From Psammoneis japonica (Eukaryota): DNA of 64,000 bases. The first letter of the stretch is position 1. Each line of letters opens with the position of its first letter. The stretch covers positions 62,001 to 126,000 of the forward strand of contig QPGO01000039.1 of the NCBI GenBank assembly GCA_008632985.1, in the 5' to 3' direction. Below the pieces are notes generated by a model. That model made no database searches. It was not told the DNA's origin and saw only the letters and a program-made list of their open reading frames with translations. Positions 12,405 to 23,913 of the stretch are shown here, piece by piece. The position numbers and the translations under genes were made by a program.

Positions 12405-13929
12405 CTGGCTGGGACAGCACTGGTTGAAGCCTCAGACAGGTGTTGTGCATCCCTCTTCTGCAGAGATCAATTGCCAGAAACTGAAAAGGCAACAGACACA
12501 GAGAGACACTGTGGGCTGCATCCAGCTGGTGGTTGAAGAAACAGAAGATGAGAATGCAATCATTCATCTGATGTGGCAAGAATTAAAGAGCACACTTTGA
12601 CCAAAATGGGTTGAACCACACAAAAGAAGATTTGAATTTGTGGAGGACCTGCACATGTGCAAAGTCACGGGTTGGTCTCCAGAGATTGATGAACACATGT
12701 CTGCCACCACACCAATGATTTCTGCACATGACAACTTTGAAGATCTTGAAGAAGACATTGAGAACAAAGTCAGGTCCTTGCACCTGACTGAGGAATGTTG
12801 GCAGATCATTGGAGGCAATGCCTGCAGGCAATGAGTCCCATTCTGTGCCAGATGGGGAGCATCGCACAATTTCAATGAGGCATTTGATGAAACAACAGGG
12901 GCGGGCTCAGGGGGTGACAACTTGCAGTTGGCCCTGGGTTGTCCCACCTGCAGCATGGGCATGCAAGGGAGTTGCAGCCCCTCAATGAAAAAGAATCATC
13001 AACGAACCTGATGGGATCTGAGGCTGCAGTGGGCTCATTTTCACCACAACATTGAGGTTGCGAAGCTGGGTTTGATGTGCACATGCCACAGAATGGAGTT
13101 CTTAGAAATGTGCAAACACAGAGAGACTCAGCAGTTGGGCTGAACAACCACTTGTTGGTCTGTCAGACAACATCATGAAATGGATTTTTTTTGTGCCTGT
13201 GTCAGGCATTTTGTGGAAGCTGTGGAAAGGTGCACCCACAAGTTTCATCACATGGTCAATTTCTCAGACAAATGACCTTTCTTCAACATGGCAACCAAGA
13301 TGTCAAAAACATTGATGGGACAAATGGTGTCCCAGAAGAGGAAATTGTCAAGTTCCTTGTCCCAAATCATTGGAACACTGGCAACAGCAGCAGGAGTGTG
13401 TGTCAGAGCATCTGGCTCTGTGGGCACCATGTGTGACCCAGAAACAAAGTTGCATTTTTTGAGTCCTGAAATAACATGGTGAGTTGATGACTGTTCTTTG
13501 GAGGATCTTCTCAATTGTTGATTGTGATCTCACCAACTTTTCATGCTCACTTTTTGGAGCGAATCTTCTGGTTTGTCAAGAATGACAAGGGGCATCCGTT
13601 GAAGCCCAACAATCTGTTTGGCCCAGGTGCAATGTTTGACATCAAGGCAAACCATGGCTGACACAGCAACCAGGACAAGTGCAATGAGTGGCACAGGAAG
13701 CTTGCAATGACCCTTTTGGCAACATTGACTTGCCAGCGCTCAACAGCCACATTGCAACAGCACAGAGACAGCATGTCAACGCTGCCTCAGCACACACCCA
13801 AAAAGCCCATCTGTTGCTGGATGGATGCACAGCCATGTGGGAGAGATCCTGTTTGAAGATGCACCTGAGCTCCTTGGCAAGTTCATCATGCTGTGACATG
13901 CTGTGTTGATGCCAACTTGTTTGTTTGCA

Positions 13930-14400
13930 TGCTCTCAGCGGGGGGAATCCATTGCAGGCATCCCCTCTCTTTCTCAACAAGCTCCCAGCTGCCTGATTCT
14001 CCAACAAAAGAAAAACCATCAAGACCAGCTCTCCACAATTTGTGAATCTGAGTTTGTTGCTGCAAGGGCTTGCATGGAGGAACAGATTGTGGACCTGCAT
14101 GCCATGCTGCATCACCTTGGCATCCTGACCTGTGATGCCAGCTGTGTGCTTGGTCATGACAACAAGTCAGCCATGGATGGCATCACCACCCTGCACTCTC
14201 CAAGCTGCGCAAGTGCCACACACTGCCCTCCAGTTCCACCATGCTCACAGGCATTTGCCTCTGGCATTCTTGGGCTCTGCTTTGTTGAAGGCTCCCACAA
14301 CTTTGCCAACATTCTCAGCAAACATTGGGGTTGCTCTTAGATCTGGAGCCTCTTCCATCCCCTCATGTTCTGGAGCTCTGACTCTAAAACCTTTTGTCTG
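13930..14400 (+). mobile_element. Ty1/copia RNase H remnant
   Basis: ESEFVAARACMEEQIVDLHAMLHHLG...DNKS...NFANILSKHWGCS matches copia RNase H (SEFVAAR...LRYLG...DNKS...NPADILSKHWGY). Confidence 0.85.
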
Positions 14401-15479
14401 TCTGATGTCAATGTGGCTCCTTCCAGCAAAATGGAAAGTGACAGGATTCGAGCAGGATTTTGGTTGGGTGTGATTGTTCATGTGCGCTGCATGCATCCAG
14501 GGTTTTGCAAAAACATGTTTGTGTGCTGCGGCAGTTTTGTCACACTTTCACACATTCCAGTTTGGCTCTTGGGCTGCACAGCTCAGTCTGCCAGCAGCCC
14601 CTGCAACAATTTTCACACAGAAACCCATCTTCCATCTGACAGCAGCAAGCAAGGCATTGTTGTTGTTGTTTTCACACCCAGCTCTCCTCTTCAACTCCTG
14701 TCATCACAAGCCAGCAGTTTTTTTTTTTCTTGGAAAGTGGATTGGGTGTGCATTTTGTCTGGTTTGCAAAACATTTTTTGAAACAGACCAACTGCTTCAA
14801 CAATGATGAACAAACAGAGCTGCTGCCTGTCTTCTGTGCACATTTTGTGGGGGGGGGAGATGCCTGGTGCAAAAACAGCAAAAGGAGTGAGGTCACAGGA
14901 CCAGTGCACTCACCACCTCAGTTGTGGACTGGCAAGCACTGCAATGTGTCAAAGAAGATGACAAAGAAGCTTCCCAACTGCAATGGTGTGAGCCCCACCC
15001 ATCAATCTGAGCTGTCTTGAGAGGGTCAGCAGACAACAAAGAGTGATGTGAAATTTTCATTTTTTTCTCAAATCAGTGGGTTCTTTGACAAAAATCTAAG
15101 ATTTTTTGTTGAAGTTTCACACAGAACAAGTCTCTTTGACTTGCTTGTCACATGTGTCAGCCTGGTTGACAAAAAAGCATCTCCTGGATGACCCCTGCAG
15201 TGTGGGAGAAAAGTGTGCAAACCAGCTGGGCTTGAAATGCCAGCGTGTCACAGGCTCAAGTTCAAGAAACAGGCTGGCATGTCGCCTCAACGGAAAAATC
15301 TTTAACATCCATGACTTAGGACAATTTTATGTGTGCTGATTTGCAACCTTTTTCGCGAACATTTGGTCCGTCATCTGTCCATCAGAATGTGGATTTTCGT
15401 GACCCTTCAGGCCTTTTTCACCGTGACACAGCACGGCACATTTTTTGTGCCGTCACGCCGTCGCGATTTTGAGCACAAT

Positions 15480-15573
15480 GGAAGGTGGGGCATCGGTTGC
15501 CGACGATTGCATTGGTCCCTTTCGACACTCTAAAGGCTCGAATGTGTCATCGGCGACCGATGCCCCACCTTCC
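15480..15573. repeat. 27-bp inverted repeat with 40-nt spacer
   Basis: ggaaggtggggcatcggttgccgacga (15480-15506) vs tcatcggcgaccgatgccccaccttcc (15547-15573); both mismatches are CpG/TpG. Confidence 0.85.
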
Positions 15574-17323
15574 TTCATCATGAAAATGCCGTCTCTTTTT
15601 TGCCATGGCCGCACCACGCAAGCGTTGAGCGATCTTGCGAGCGATGACAAGGTGCGCACATCTCTGCATGATTCAGTGCTCGTCACTTGAATTTCCATTT
15701 TTCTCACACCAACATCATCAACCGTCATCGTCGTTTGTGCAGCCATGGCATCCAGCAAGAAAAAGAGCAGCGACACAGGAAAGAAAAAAAGTTGTTGTCC
15801 CATTGAAAAGAGAGTTGACAATGCTCTCATTCTTTTGACAGCACACGTCTTGGTGAGCTTTGATGGGAAATGGCCAAATGCAGGAGACATTCACCGTGTG
15901 CTCCAGGTTGGTGGCATTCCAGGCAGAACAGCCCAAGTGACACACCGGATTCAATCCAGAAGGGATTTGGATCCAAAGGCTTGGTTTCATTTCGCAGAAT
16001 GTCCAACGACAATGAAAGGCACAGCCATTCAGCAAAATTTGAATCTGATCCCGATGCTCCCAAATCTCAAGCCCACACTCAAATTGAATCATTCAGGATT
16101 GACTTGTCGGCATGCTGTGTGGTTTGTGTGATTCCCTTGTTGCATCTGTTGATGCTCACATTGCACAATCTGCCGTGAAGTCATGCAACAGAATGGAACA
16201 ATCTATTTTATGGCAACAGCGATTGCAGCGGTGTCAATTTTTTCAACTGCCATTGCAGTTGGCGACATTGCATCTAGAGTTGCAATTTGCAATGTCATCA
16301 TGTTCTTTGAAAGCATCCTCTTCTTCAGACGACTCAGCTGCTGGCATCCATGCAGTCGTCATGGCAAAGAAACAGCTCTCGCTTTTTCTTCAGTGTTGGA
16401 GGGAGAAAAAAAATCTAAGATTGCACGTAATTTCAACACTGAAACACACGTAGAACAGACAGCAAAAAGACGTGCAGGCCAACCCACATTCGCAAAATGG
16501 GGCTCACGTGGCGGCCCTTCATGCCAGCCTGTTTCTTTTGCTTGAGCCTGTGGCGTGTTGCTCATCCGAGGAAGACCAAGTTTTGTGGCATGCTGATGCT
16601 GTTGTTGTTTTAAAATGGCTGTCATCCATGGCATCCCCACATGTGTGTGCCCTTGCCTGCCACACATGCTTGTCTTTTGTGCCTGTGCCCCGCTGATGCT
16701 GCAAGCTCTGAGGGACACAGAATTTTTTCAGGCGAGGAGAGAGAGAGTCGTGAAGTCACAGAAGCAAGTGCCAAGCTGCACTTGAGAACTTGGCATGTTG
16801 TCAGAGCACTCAGCAAGCAAAAGGTGCTGCACATGCTTTGGCAATGCACAGCCCTGAGACACCCTGCTGGGGCACCTGGTGGAGTGAGAAGCTTTCTGCT
16901 GTTTTTTGACGAGGCAAGATCATCAACAAGAAGTGCACAGGCAGCCGGGGAGAACCAATTTTAGTGATTGGTGTGTGGCCAATTGCAAACATCTGATTTC
17001 CACCCCAAATTTTGCCTCTGCTAGCTAGAAGACTTTGCATCAGTGTAGTTGGTGTGGGCAGCAGCATTTCGTTGAAAGAGTTTGTGGTTACACGTGGAGG
17101 TGCCAGATAGATGGCAAAGGACGCACGGTCAAGCAAGATTCATTCGAAAGATTCTTCCACGAGATTCACGGGAAGATTCGCCACACCACGAGCAAAAATT
17201 TTGATCGGTGGATACTGGCCTGGACTGGACACCACATGTTTGTTGTTGGTTGGACGCTGTGCACTGAAGAGGCACGTAGCACAAATCTTGTGTTCGACCC
17301 AATTGACAATACGAAGCCCAATC

Positions 17324-17707
17324 ATGCGTCCGTTCGAAGCAGCAGCTTGCAACGAACTCGGTTGCACCTATGCCGAGGCCAAGGAGATGATCAAAGAGGC
17401 CATGGAATCTCTTGGAATCGACAAAGTTGAAGGCCACGAGGAAGAACTCGTTCCCAAGATCGAAGAGCTGTGGGAGCAGCGCAAACCTTCTGATGAAGAA
17501 CTCGCAGCCCGTAAGAACACTCACACGCCGGAAGAAAAAGCGGCCCTGGAGGCGCAGTTGGCCCACGCCAGGGAGAAGAAGGGAGCGGGAGACCGTCTCG
17601 GGGGTATGTTCATGACGGCTGGTGTCTCTCCTTGGTTTGTCAAGGAACGTAGCCCAATTGCGGATACAGCCAATAGGACTTTTAATAAGAACAAGGAAGA
17701 GAGCTAA
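17324..17707 (+). CDS. Hypothetical charged helical protein (127 aa)
   Basis: ATG ORF MRPFEAAACNELG... with coding-like codon usage, in an uneroded island. Confidence 0.6.
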   Translation: MRPFEAAACNELGCTYAEAKEMIKEAMESLGIDKVEGHEEELVPKIEELWEQRKPSDEELAARKNTHTPEEKAALEAQLAHAREKKGAGDRLGGMFMTAGVSPWFVKERSPIADTANRTFNKNKEES

Positions 17708-18609
17708 GTCTTTAAAGAGACTCCACGAGTGGGACTTGCAACGTTCGGTTCAAATGAAAAGAAGTTATCCATGTCTCAAGTTGCTTTGAAGTAAAATTAC
17801 TAAGAAACTTGTGATAATGATTATCTTAATCGAATGAAAAGCCAGTAAATCTACGCAGCTATGTAGGGCTTGTGTGTCACAAAGGTTTGTTTCGACGTAC
17901 CTTGTCGTCCTTTATTCACAGCGAATCCGGTCATCAGTGATCTGCAAAATTGCGGATGCAGATTTCTCCACTTTCTAGAGCTTGCTCTGAGTTCCGTATT
18001 CTCACTATACCGCGGTATCATCAGGTTGTTTGTGCAATATTCTGCCTCATGTCTTTTTTTCTCGGATTGGTGTTGCAAGTCGCAAAGATCATTGATTTCT
18101 CATTTCGGAATCAACTTCAAAAATCGATACGAACCAGAACATGAAATGTGTTCAATCTCCTCCTCAAAGAACAATGGCATTGCTAAACTGACAATCTGGT
18201 ACATACAACGAAGGCATCCCGATCCGGGTTCGGAACTCAGGTGCCCATTGTCACTTTGTCGGCGCCAACAACGACTTTGATCACATCTTTAATCGATCCA
18301 GTCTGAAGTCTGTTTTCCCGGTCTAATCTTCAGTCTGATACCCACAGTGATGTAGTTGATTGGAGTACTCGACGGATGCGCTTCGTAGCACTGATGCAGT
18401 GAGTGCCCGTTTCGCCGACAAAATGGAGACATTTAACGAGGAACCTATGGATATGCACGCAGACAAGAGCGAAACCGCGGGTATATTACTATGTGCAAAG
18501 GATGGGCTCATCAATCAATGGAAAACCATCCTTGGTATTTACTTCATCTACACTATACCCTCCCGTTGCTGAAGCTCCATCAAGATACCGTGTGGAAGGA
18601 GACATCTCA

Positions 18610-19488
18610 CTAGCTATTGCGGTCTCTTGCTCTGTTGCGGCGCATGCACCGATTAACGAGACGAGTTTTCGGTTTGTACTGATTGCAGTCTTCACGTCCA
18701 CCATCCTGGACACAAGTCCATTTCGCCACTTTAAAGATCCATCGTTTATCTCCTTTTGCCGTGACAAACAAACCGTTGGGAGCGTTGGATGGTTTGATCC
18801 TCCTAATCTTCTTCTTTGGGTCTTGGTCAGGAAAAGAGAGAGAGTAGCGCTTGCCTTCTTCAGTTCCAGCATCATACGGAAGAGTTGTGATCACGAACTC
18901 GTAGTACCAGTTTCCAGTCGTTTTGTTGATAGGTATAACATCGTGAAAGCCTGAGAACCAATCAGGAGAGGGAGCAATCATGGAAATGGACGAGATGCGA
19001 TTGTATGTGGAATTCATGCTCAAGAGGCTGCTGGCATCCCAAACGTCTCCTCGTACGTTGCGGAGCACTTCATACTCCAAGACACCCTCGTCGTTTTCCA
19101 ACTCCTGTTTCAATGTCGATGTTCCTCCAGTCTGAGAAAAAAATAGCGTCAGTCTTAGCTTCGATGGAATGCGTGGTGATCCCAGCTTTCAAGGCGCCAC
19201 ACGTACCTCTGCGACCAGTTCAATTCCAGGCGTCGCCAGAGCTCCTGTATTCCACATGGAATATTCGGCGCTATGGGATGTAATGACCGGTGGACTCCAG
19301 TGTGCGGATAGCACAGGATACTCTTTGGGGTGGCGCTTTTTTGTCCACAATCCTAGAAAGCCACATTGGTACTGAACGGCTTCATCGCTCGGTGTCAATC
19401 CATCCGTAGACTCGTGGACGGGAGTCGGCTTCCCAGCAGCAGCCACGGCCACAAAAAGGAAACCAACAGTGAAACGAATCATTGGCAT
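18610..19488 (-). CDS. Secreted Spondin_N domain protein, 2 exons (19488-19207, 19131-18610)
   Basis: Signal peptide; W...HPKEYP..AHWSP, ATPGIELVAE|TG, SMIAPSPDWFSG, YDAGTE motifs; 75-nt GT-AG intron 19206-19132. Confidence 0.9.
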
Positions 19489-19720
19489 TGCACACGGACG
19501 ATTTATGTGAGAAGAAAACGAGAAGTTGCTATCACAACATCATTTATCTTCTTCCTTTTTATCACACAAGTCACGATATCTGTTTGGCTCGTGACCTCGA
19601 GTGAGAGGTGATGAGATCGCCCGAGCAATGTTGAAAAATGTCCTACTGTGTCTTGAGGTACTACCATGATGTGTTGATCTTTAACTTCAATGTTCTTTTA
19701 TAATAGAAACAGGGATAGCA

Positions 19721-19810
19721 AATTGAAATTATATAAGTGAAAGTCATAGACAATAAGTGTTTTGAAACATTTAACAAGGAATGAATTCAAAATGACGTTC
19801 TCGTTCTCGT
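19721..19810 (+). repeat. Dispersed ~100-bp motif, copy 1 (uneroded)
   Basis: aattgaaattatataagtgaaagtcat...gtgttttgaaacattt...gaattcaaaatgac...gttctc; homologs at 26661, 33096, 34400. Confidence 0.7.
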
Positions 19811-19981
19811 TTTATTTTTGCTGTCACAAAACAAAAAACGCACCCGAACTCCGAACAGGTAGCCTCTTATCTTTCAAAAGCTCTACTCTCTAGACGACAC
19901 GTTATTATTTATCTTGTTGACAATAAGCACTTCTTTCGAATCATTCCGTTGTCCAGAAGACTAACCACACAAACGATTATC

Positions 19982-21652
19982 ATGACACGTTCGATCACAA
20001 CATGTTCCGTCTTGCGGGGCTTGTTCATTTTGATGGTATGTGATTTTGCGAGTGCTGAGAGTGGCATTGTCATTGCCGAGGACATCGAGAACACCATTGA
20101 AAAAAACACTTTGGCTTCCAAGCGTAGCGGCCGTTCCGATTTCCCTGACCTTGCAGGTGCATCTACTCCACCACCTCCGGACCGTCGCCTCGCAGGATCC
20201 GCTATTGGTGAATGGGTTCAAATGGGAAATACAGTTTCGACGCGGAAACGCAGAAGGTTTGAAATGATGGCCTTGTGTAGAAATGGTAATAGGATGGTCG
20301 CTTCTGAGACGCTTGACGGACCCATCACAGCATATCAGTGGAACACCTTGAAGTCTCAATGGAAACGTATGGGTCAAAGTATTCCCGGAATAGCTTATAG
20401 CTCTCAGGTAGCCATGTCGAACTACGGAAACTACTTGGTGACTGCTGCAAGACAGGAAACTGCTCGTGTGTTCAAGTGGGAAAATAGAATGTGGAAACAA
20501 GTTGGAAAGAGCATCGACATGTGGGTTGGCACAGGTTTCGATCGTAGGTTTTTCGGCGAACTCGCAATGTCGGATGATGGCAAAACCATCGCGATTGCAC
20601 TCTACGTTTTCCGCACAGTTCGTGGCGAAGTTAAAATCTTCCACTGGAATGGATCCAAATGGATCGAGGAAGCTCATCTATTCGAAAGCCGAGACTTGCT
20701 AGGAGTCTTTGGACGGTTTGGAGCAAGTATAGCAATGTCCGGTAATGGAAAGGTATTGGCGGTGGGGTCTCCGATTGCTCTTGCTCACAATTCCAAAAAA
20801 CCAGTGGGTAAGGCCCAAGTGTTTGAGAAGCAGGGGTCTTCCTGGAAACAAAGAGGTAGCGACATCTTCGGAAAAGGAAAAGACTATGGATTTGGTACAT
20901 CAATTGCCATGTCTAGAGATGGAAGACGCATTGTCATCGGCGAAGCTACCCATTTGTCAAATGGATATGCTCGCGTCATGGAGTGGGACGTTTCCACGGA
21001 CGATTGGATAATGGTAGGAAACGACATTGAAGGAGAGTATAAAGCAGATTTTGGAGAAAAGGTGTCCATGTCGAGTGACGGCCGACGGGTAGTTGTGTCT
21101 GCCTTTGATTTCAGAGATCAGGTCAAGCCTGACAGAGGGTTTTCTCGGGTGTTTGAGTTCAACGGAGACTCATGGCCACAGCTGGGCAATGCGCTACCCG
21201 AAGGTGGACTAGGGCTGTCCATGGCGGGCAGCGGAAATCGTCTTGCCATATTTGAAAGCACCGACATTCGAGTTTACAACTACGTCGACCTGGCTGCTGA
21301 TGCTCGTGTTGTCGAGATTAAAATCAAACCCTTCAAAGGGAACAATGCTGGGATCAAGATTTCAAGGTCTCGCAAAGAGGAAGTTATAAGCGTCGGAATA
21401 CGTACAACCGACGATTTTGATGCCAAAAAGGTCAATGTGACTTCCATCAGGTTTGGTCCGGACCAAGCAAAGCCCGTTGGTTCACTAAAGAAGGACTTTG
21501 ATTTCGATGGCATCAAAGACATGATTCTCCGATTTAAGTTGCACCACACAGGGTTTAGCCCCGGCCGTCAGCAAGCCTGTCTCTTTGGGGAGCACAAATC
21601 TGGGGAGGAGATAAAGGGGTGCCAATTTGTTCAAGTCACCAAGGCCAAGTAG
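19982..21652 (+). CDS. Secreted beta-propeller (FG-GAP-like repeats) with prokaryote-like C-terminal domain
   Basis: Signal peptide, RRL motif, repeats such as FGASIAMSGNGKVLAVG and WKQRGSDIFG; tail VEIKIKP...FDA..V....IRFGP...DFDFDGIKDMILRF; no intron needed. Confidence 0.85.
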   Translation: MTRSITTCSVLRGLFILMVCDFASAESGIVIAEDIENTIEKNTLASKRSGRSDFPDLAGASTPPPPDRRLAGSAIGEWVQMGNTVSTRKRRRFEMMALCRNGNRMVASETLDGPITAYQWNTLKSQWKRMGQSIPGIAYSSQVAMSNYGNYLVTAARQETARVFKWENRMWKQVGKSIDMWVGTGFDRRFFGELAMSDDGKTIAIALYVFRTVRGEVKIFHWNGSKWIEEAHLFESRDLLGVFGRFGASIAMSGNGKVLAVGSPIALAHNSKKPVGKAQVFEKQGSSWKQRGSDIFGKGKDYGFGTSIAMSRDGRRIVIGEATHLSNGYARVMEWDVSTDDWIMVGNDIEGEYKADFGEKVSMSSDGRRVVVSAFDFRDQVKPDRGFSRVFEFNGDSWPQLGNALPEGGLGLSMAGSGNRLAIFESTDIRVYNYVDLAADARVVEIKIKPFKGNNAGIKISRSRKEEVISVGIRTTDDFDAKKVNVTSIRFGPDQAKPVGSLKKDFDFDGIKDMILRFKLHHTGFSPGRQQACLFGEHKSGEEIKGCQFVQVTKAK

Positions 21653-21979
21653 GAAATGCACAGACTCTAATTTTTAGTCAATGATGATAGGACCGATTCT
21701 CCTCGCTGCGCATTCTACGCATTACTGTATGCAAATTATGCAAAGATATACCTACGTAGCCGAACAATTGTCGGTATTATTCTGGATCTGTCATTACAAT
21801 GCATTTTGCTGTTTTGCAGCCACAAGTGCAATCCTCACCAATGACACGATACCACCTTGAATTTTCGATCATCGCCTGTGGGACATAGATCGGAGGCGCT
21901 CCATCTGGCTGTTCTCGCCAAATTCCACAATGTCCTAGCACTGTCTGATACAAACGTGCCAGTTCTCTCCAGAATTTCG

Positions 21980-23913
21980 TCCCTAGTGACTGGCCTTCAT
22001 GAAAACAACGAAGACCTCGAACAGAGCACGAAAACAACTGCAACCTTGCTGAGTGCCAGTGTTGGGAAATAAGCAACGCTCTTCGTCGCTGAGATCTGCT
22101 CGTCGTGCAAGCGAGGCACGGATGCCCGGTAATTCGTACTGATGAAGAAGCTGGAGTCCCTTCAGGAGCGATGCAGTTTCACCGTAAGCAGCTCGACGGA
22201 AGCAAATCTTTAGGTGCGCGCGAACCCTGCTCTTCATTATGTCATCCTCAGTCAAAAGACCAACATCTTTTCCATCGGGATCAAGCTGTCTGCCATCATA
22301 TACCATCGCACACACCCACCTAAATGCAATTTCGGCACCTTCCTCATCATATTTCTGACAGTATCCCATGTTGATGTGCGCCCAACATCGTGGTCCGAGG
22401 GCGAATTCTCCAAGAATTGTGCCAAAACAAGCGTGTAGTCACCTCCGTTCGTAAAGTAAGCTTGTCCAGTGAGAAGCGGTACAATGGATGGGTACTTGTC
22501 GAAGCGTTGTACTTGCCCATCCCTCATGATACTGACGTTGTTCCTCTTGCCGTTAACGAGTTCGGTGACAATCCATCCGCGTTCCAAGTCCTTATCCTCA
22601 CCCACATACAGCACAAACGATATCTGGGTGAGATAATCAATTTGATATCATTTGACGCTTTCGCTGTTTACACGTCGTGCATTCAGCGTGAGCGTTGTCA
22701 TTGGTACCACCAAATAGTCCAACCAAACACCAATGTTGGTTTGGAGAAATCCATGCATCACTAAAACTCATGCCTGCAACACGGAATAATCCGTCACTCC
22801 GTCGTTTCGTCTGTGCCACTGGTCAAAAGACGATTCCTCCCCGATACAGTGCCTCGCGAATTGGTCAACAAATAGTGGAAGATCTCGTGGAGCTCTTTCA
22901 GTAGTTTTCCATCAGGATCTGGGTGGTCTTCGCGAAGCCATGGATGCGAAATAAAGATAATTTTTCGCCACTCGCGCCAAGTGGTCCGTGCACGCTTGCA
23001 ATTTGGGGGGATCCATTCTTTCATCTTCATAAAGTCTTTGTACGGAATCGCGGCAACTTTTTTGGTCTCTGCACGCGTGGTAACGTCCAATTCTCCACTC
23101 TCCGCAGTGGGTCGTCCTTGTCAAGCAATAGACAGCCCGGTAACGAACGCATCGAATCTGTGAAGAACGGCCCAATATTACCTGGCGGCTGAGATCAAAC
23201 ACATCCACATATACAAGCCCATCAGTAGGAAACTCTAGAACTAGCACACTTCCGACGCTTCGATCAACTTTCCATTCACAGGCAAGGAGTGGTCCCCCGC
23301 TTGCATTGTCGAGCAACTGATGTGAAGCTTTTATTACACAAGCCACTGCCATTGAGAATGTCACAATATCTGTCGGTGGATTGGGCTGCTGCCCAAGCTC
23401 GCCAAACAAGGCGGAAGACAAAGAATTCCAACTCTCCGCATCACTGAAGGAGCCTCCGTCTTTTGCAGCTACCTCGCTTGGAGTGTTGTACACCAGCGCA
23501 GCTTTCTCATGAATTTCACGCTCAGTGACGACTGTTGACTTGTTAGGATTATCAACAGTCACAATCCAATCTTCCCGAGCGTCGGAGCGCATGACATTCC
23601 AAGTACGCCGCGCCGCATCGGGATTAGGCTCCGGTTTCTCTCCAGTGCGATGCCGCCAATCGTACTCTCGGATGATAAAACGGCTTTTGGATTCAATAAC
23701 TACGTCAAGAAGTGCAAGGGTTCCGGTTTCAACACCATCAAGAGATCGGCGATCTATTTTCTCTGGCAGGCGAACAAAATCGTCTCCGGCCGACAGAACA
23801 CTCCACGAAGATGAGGAAGAGCTGCCTGCATACTGACGCGTGTGTCGCAAACTACTTGAAGGCTCAGGGCAATCATATTCCAACAGCCTGCCTTCGGAAT
23901 AACAACGACGCAT
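21980..23913 (-). pseudogene. HET-like domain gene with several frameshifts
   Basis: Motifs in successive frames: FISHPWLREDHPDPDG, IGVWLDYLVVP, LERGWIVTE; needs at least 3-4 frame changes with no obvious introns. Confidence 0.6.

Larger units (their letters stand above)
7260..17000. mobile_element. Nested cluster of decayed transposon remnants (CpG/TpA-eroded)
   Basis: Near absence of TpA; recognisable copia gag, RT and RNase H fragments inside; related segments at about 7620-7880 and 13420-13690. Confidence 0.85.

Noticed and set aside
7260..17000. Many Cys/His-rich, Tyr-free ORFs here and in other eroded blocks
   Set aside because: By-product of TpA/CpG conversion (fewer TAA/TAG stops, more TGY/CAY codons); overlapping in all frames, not genes.
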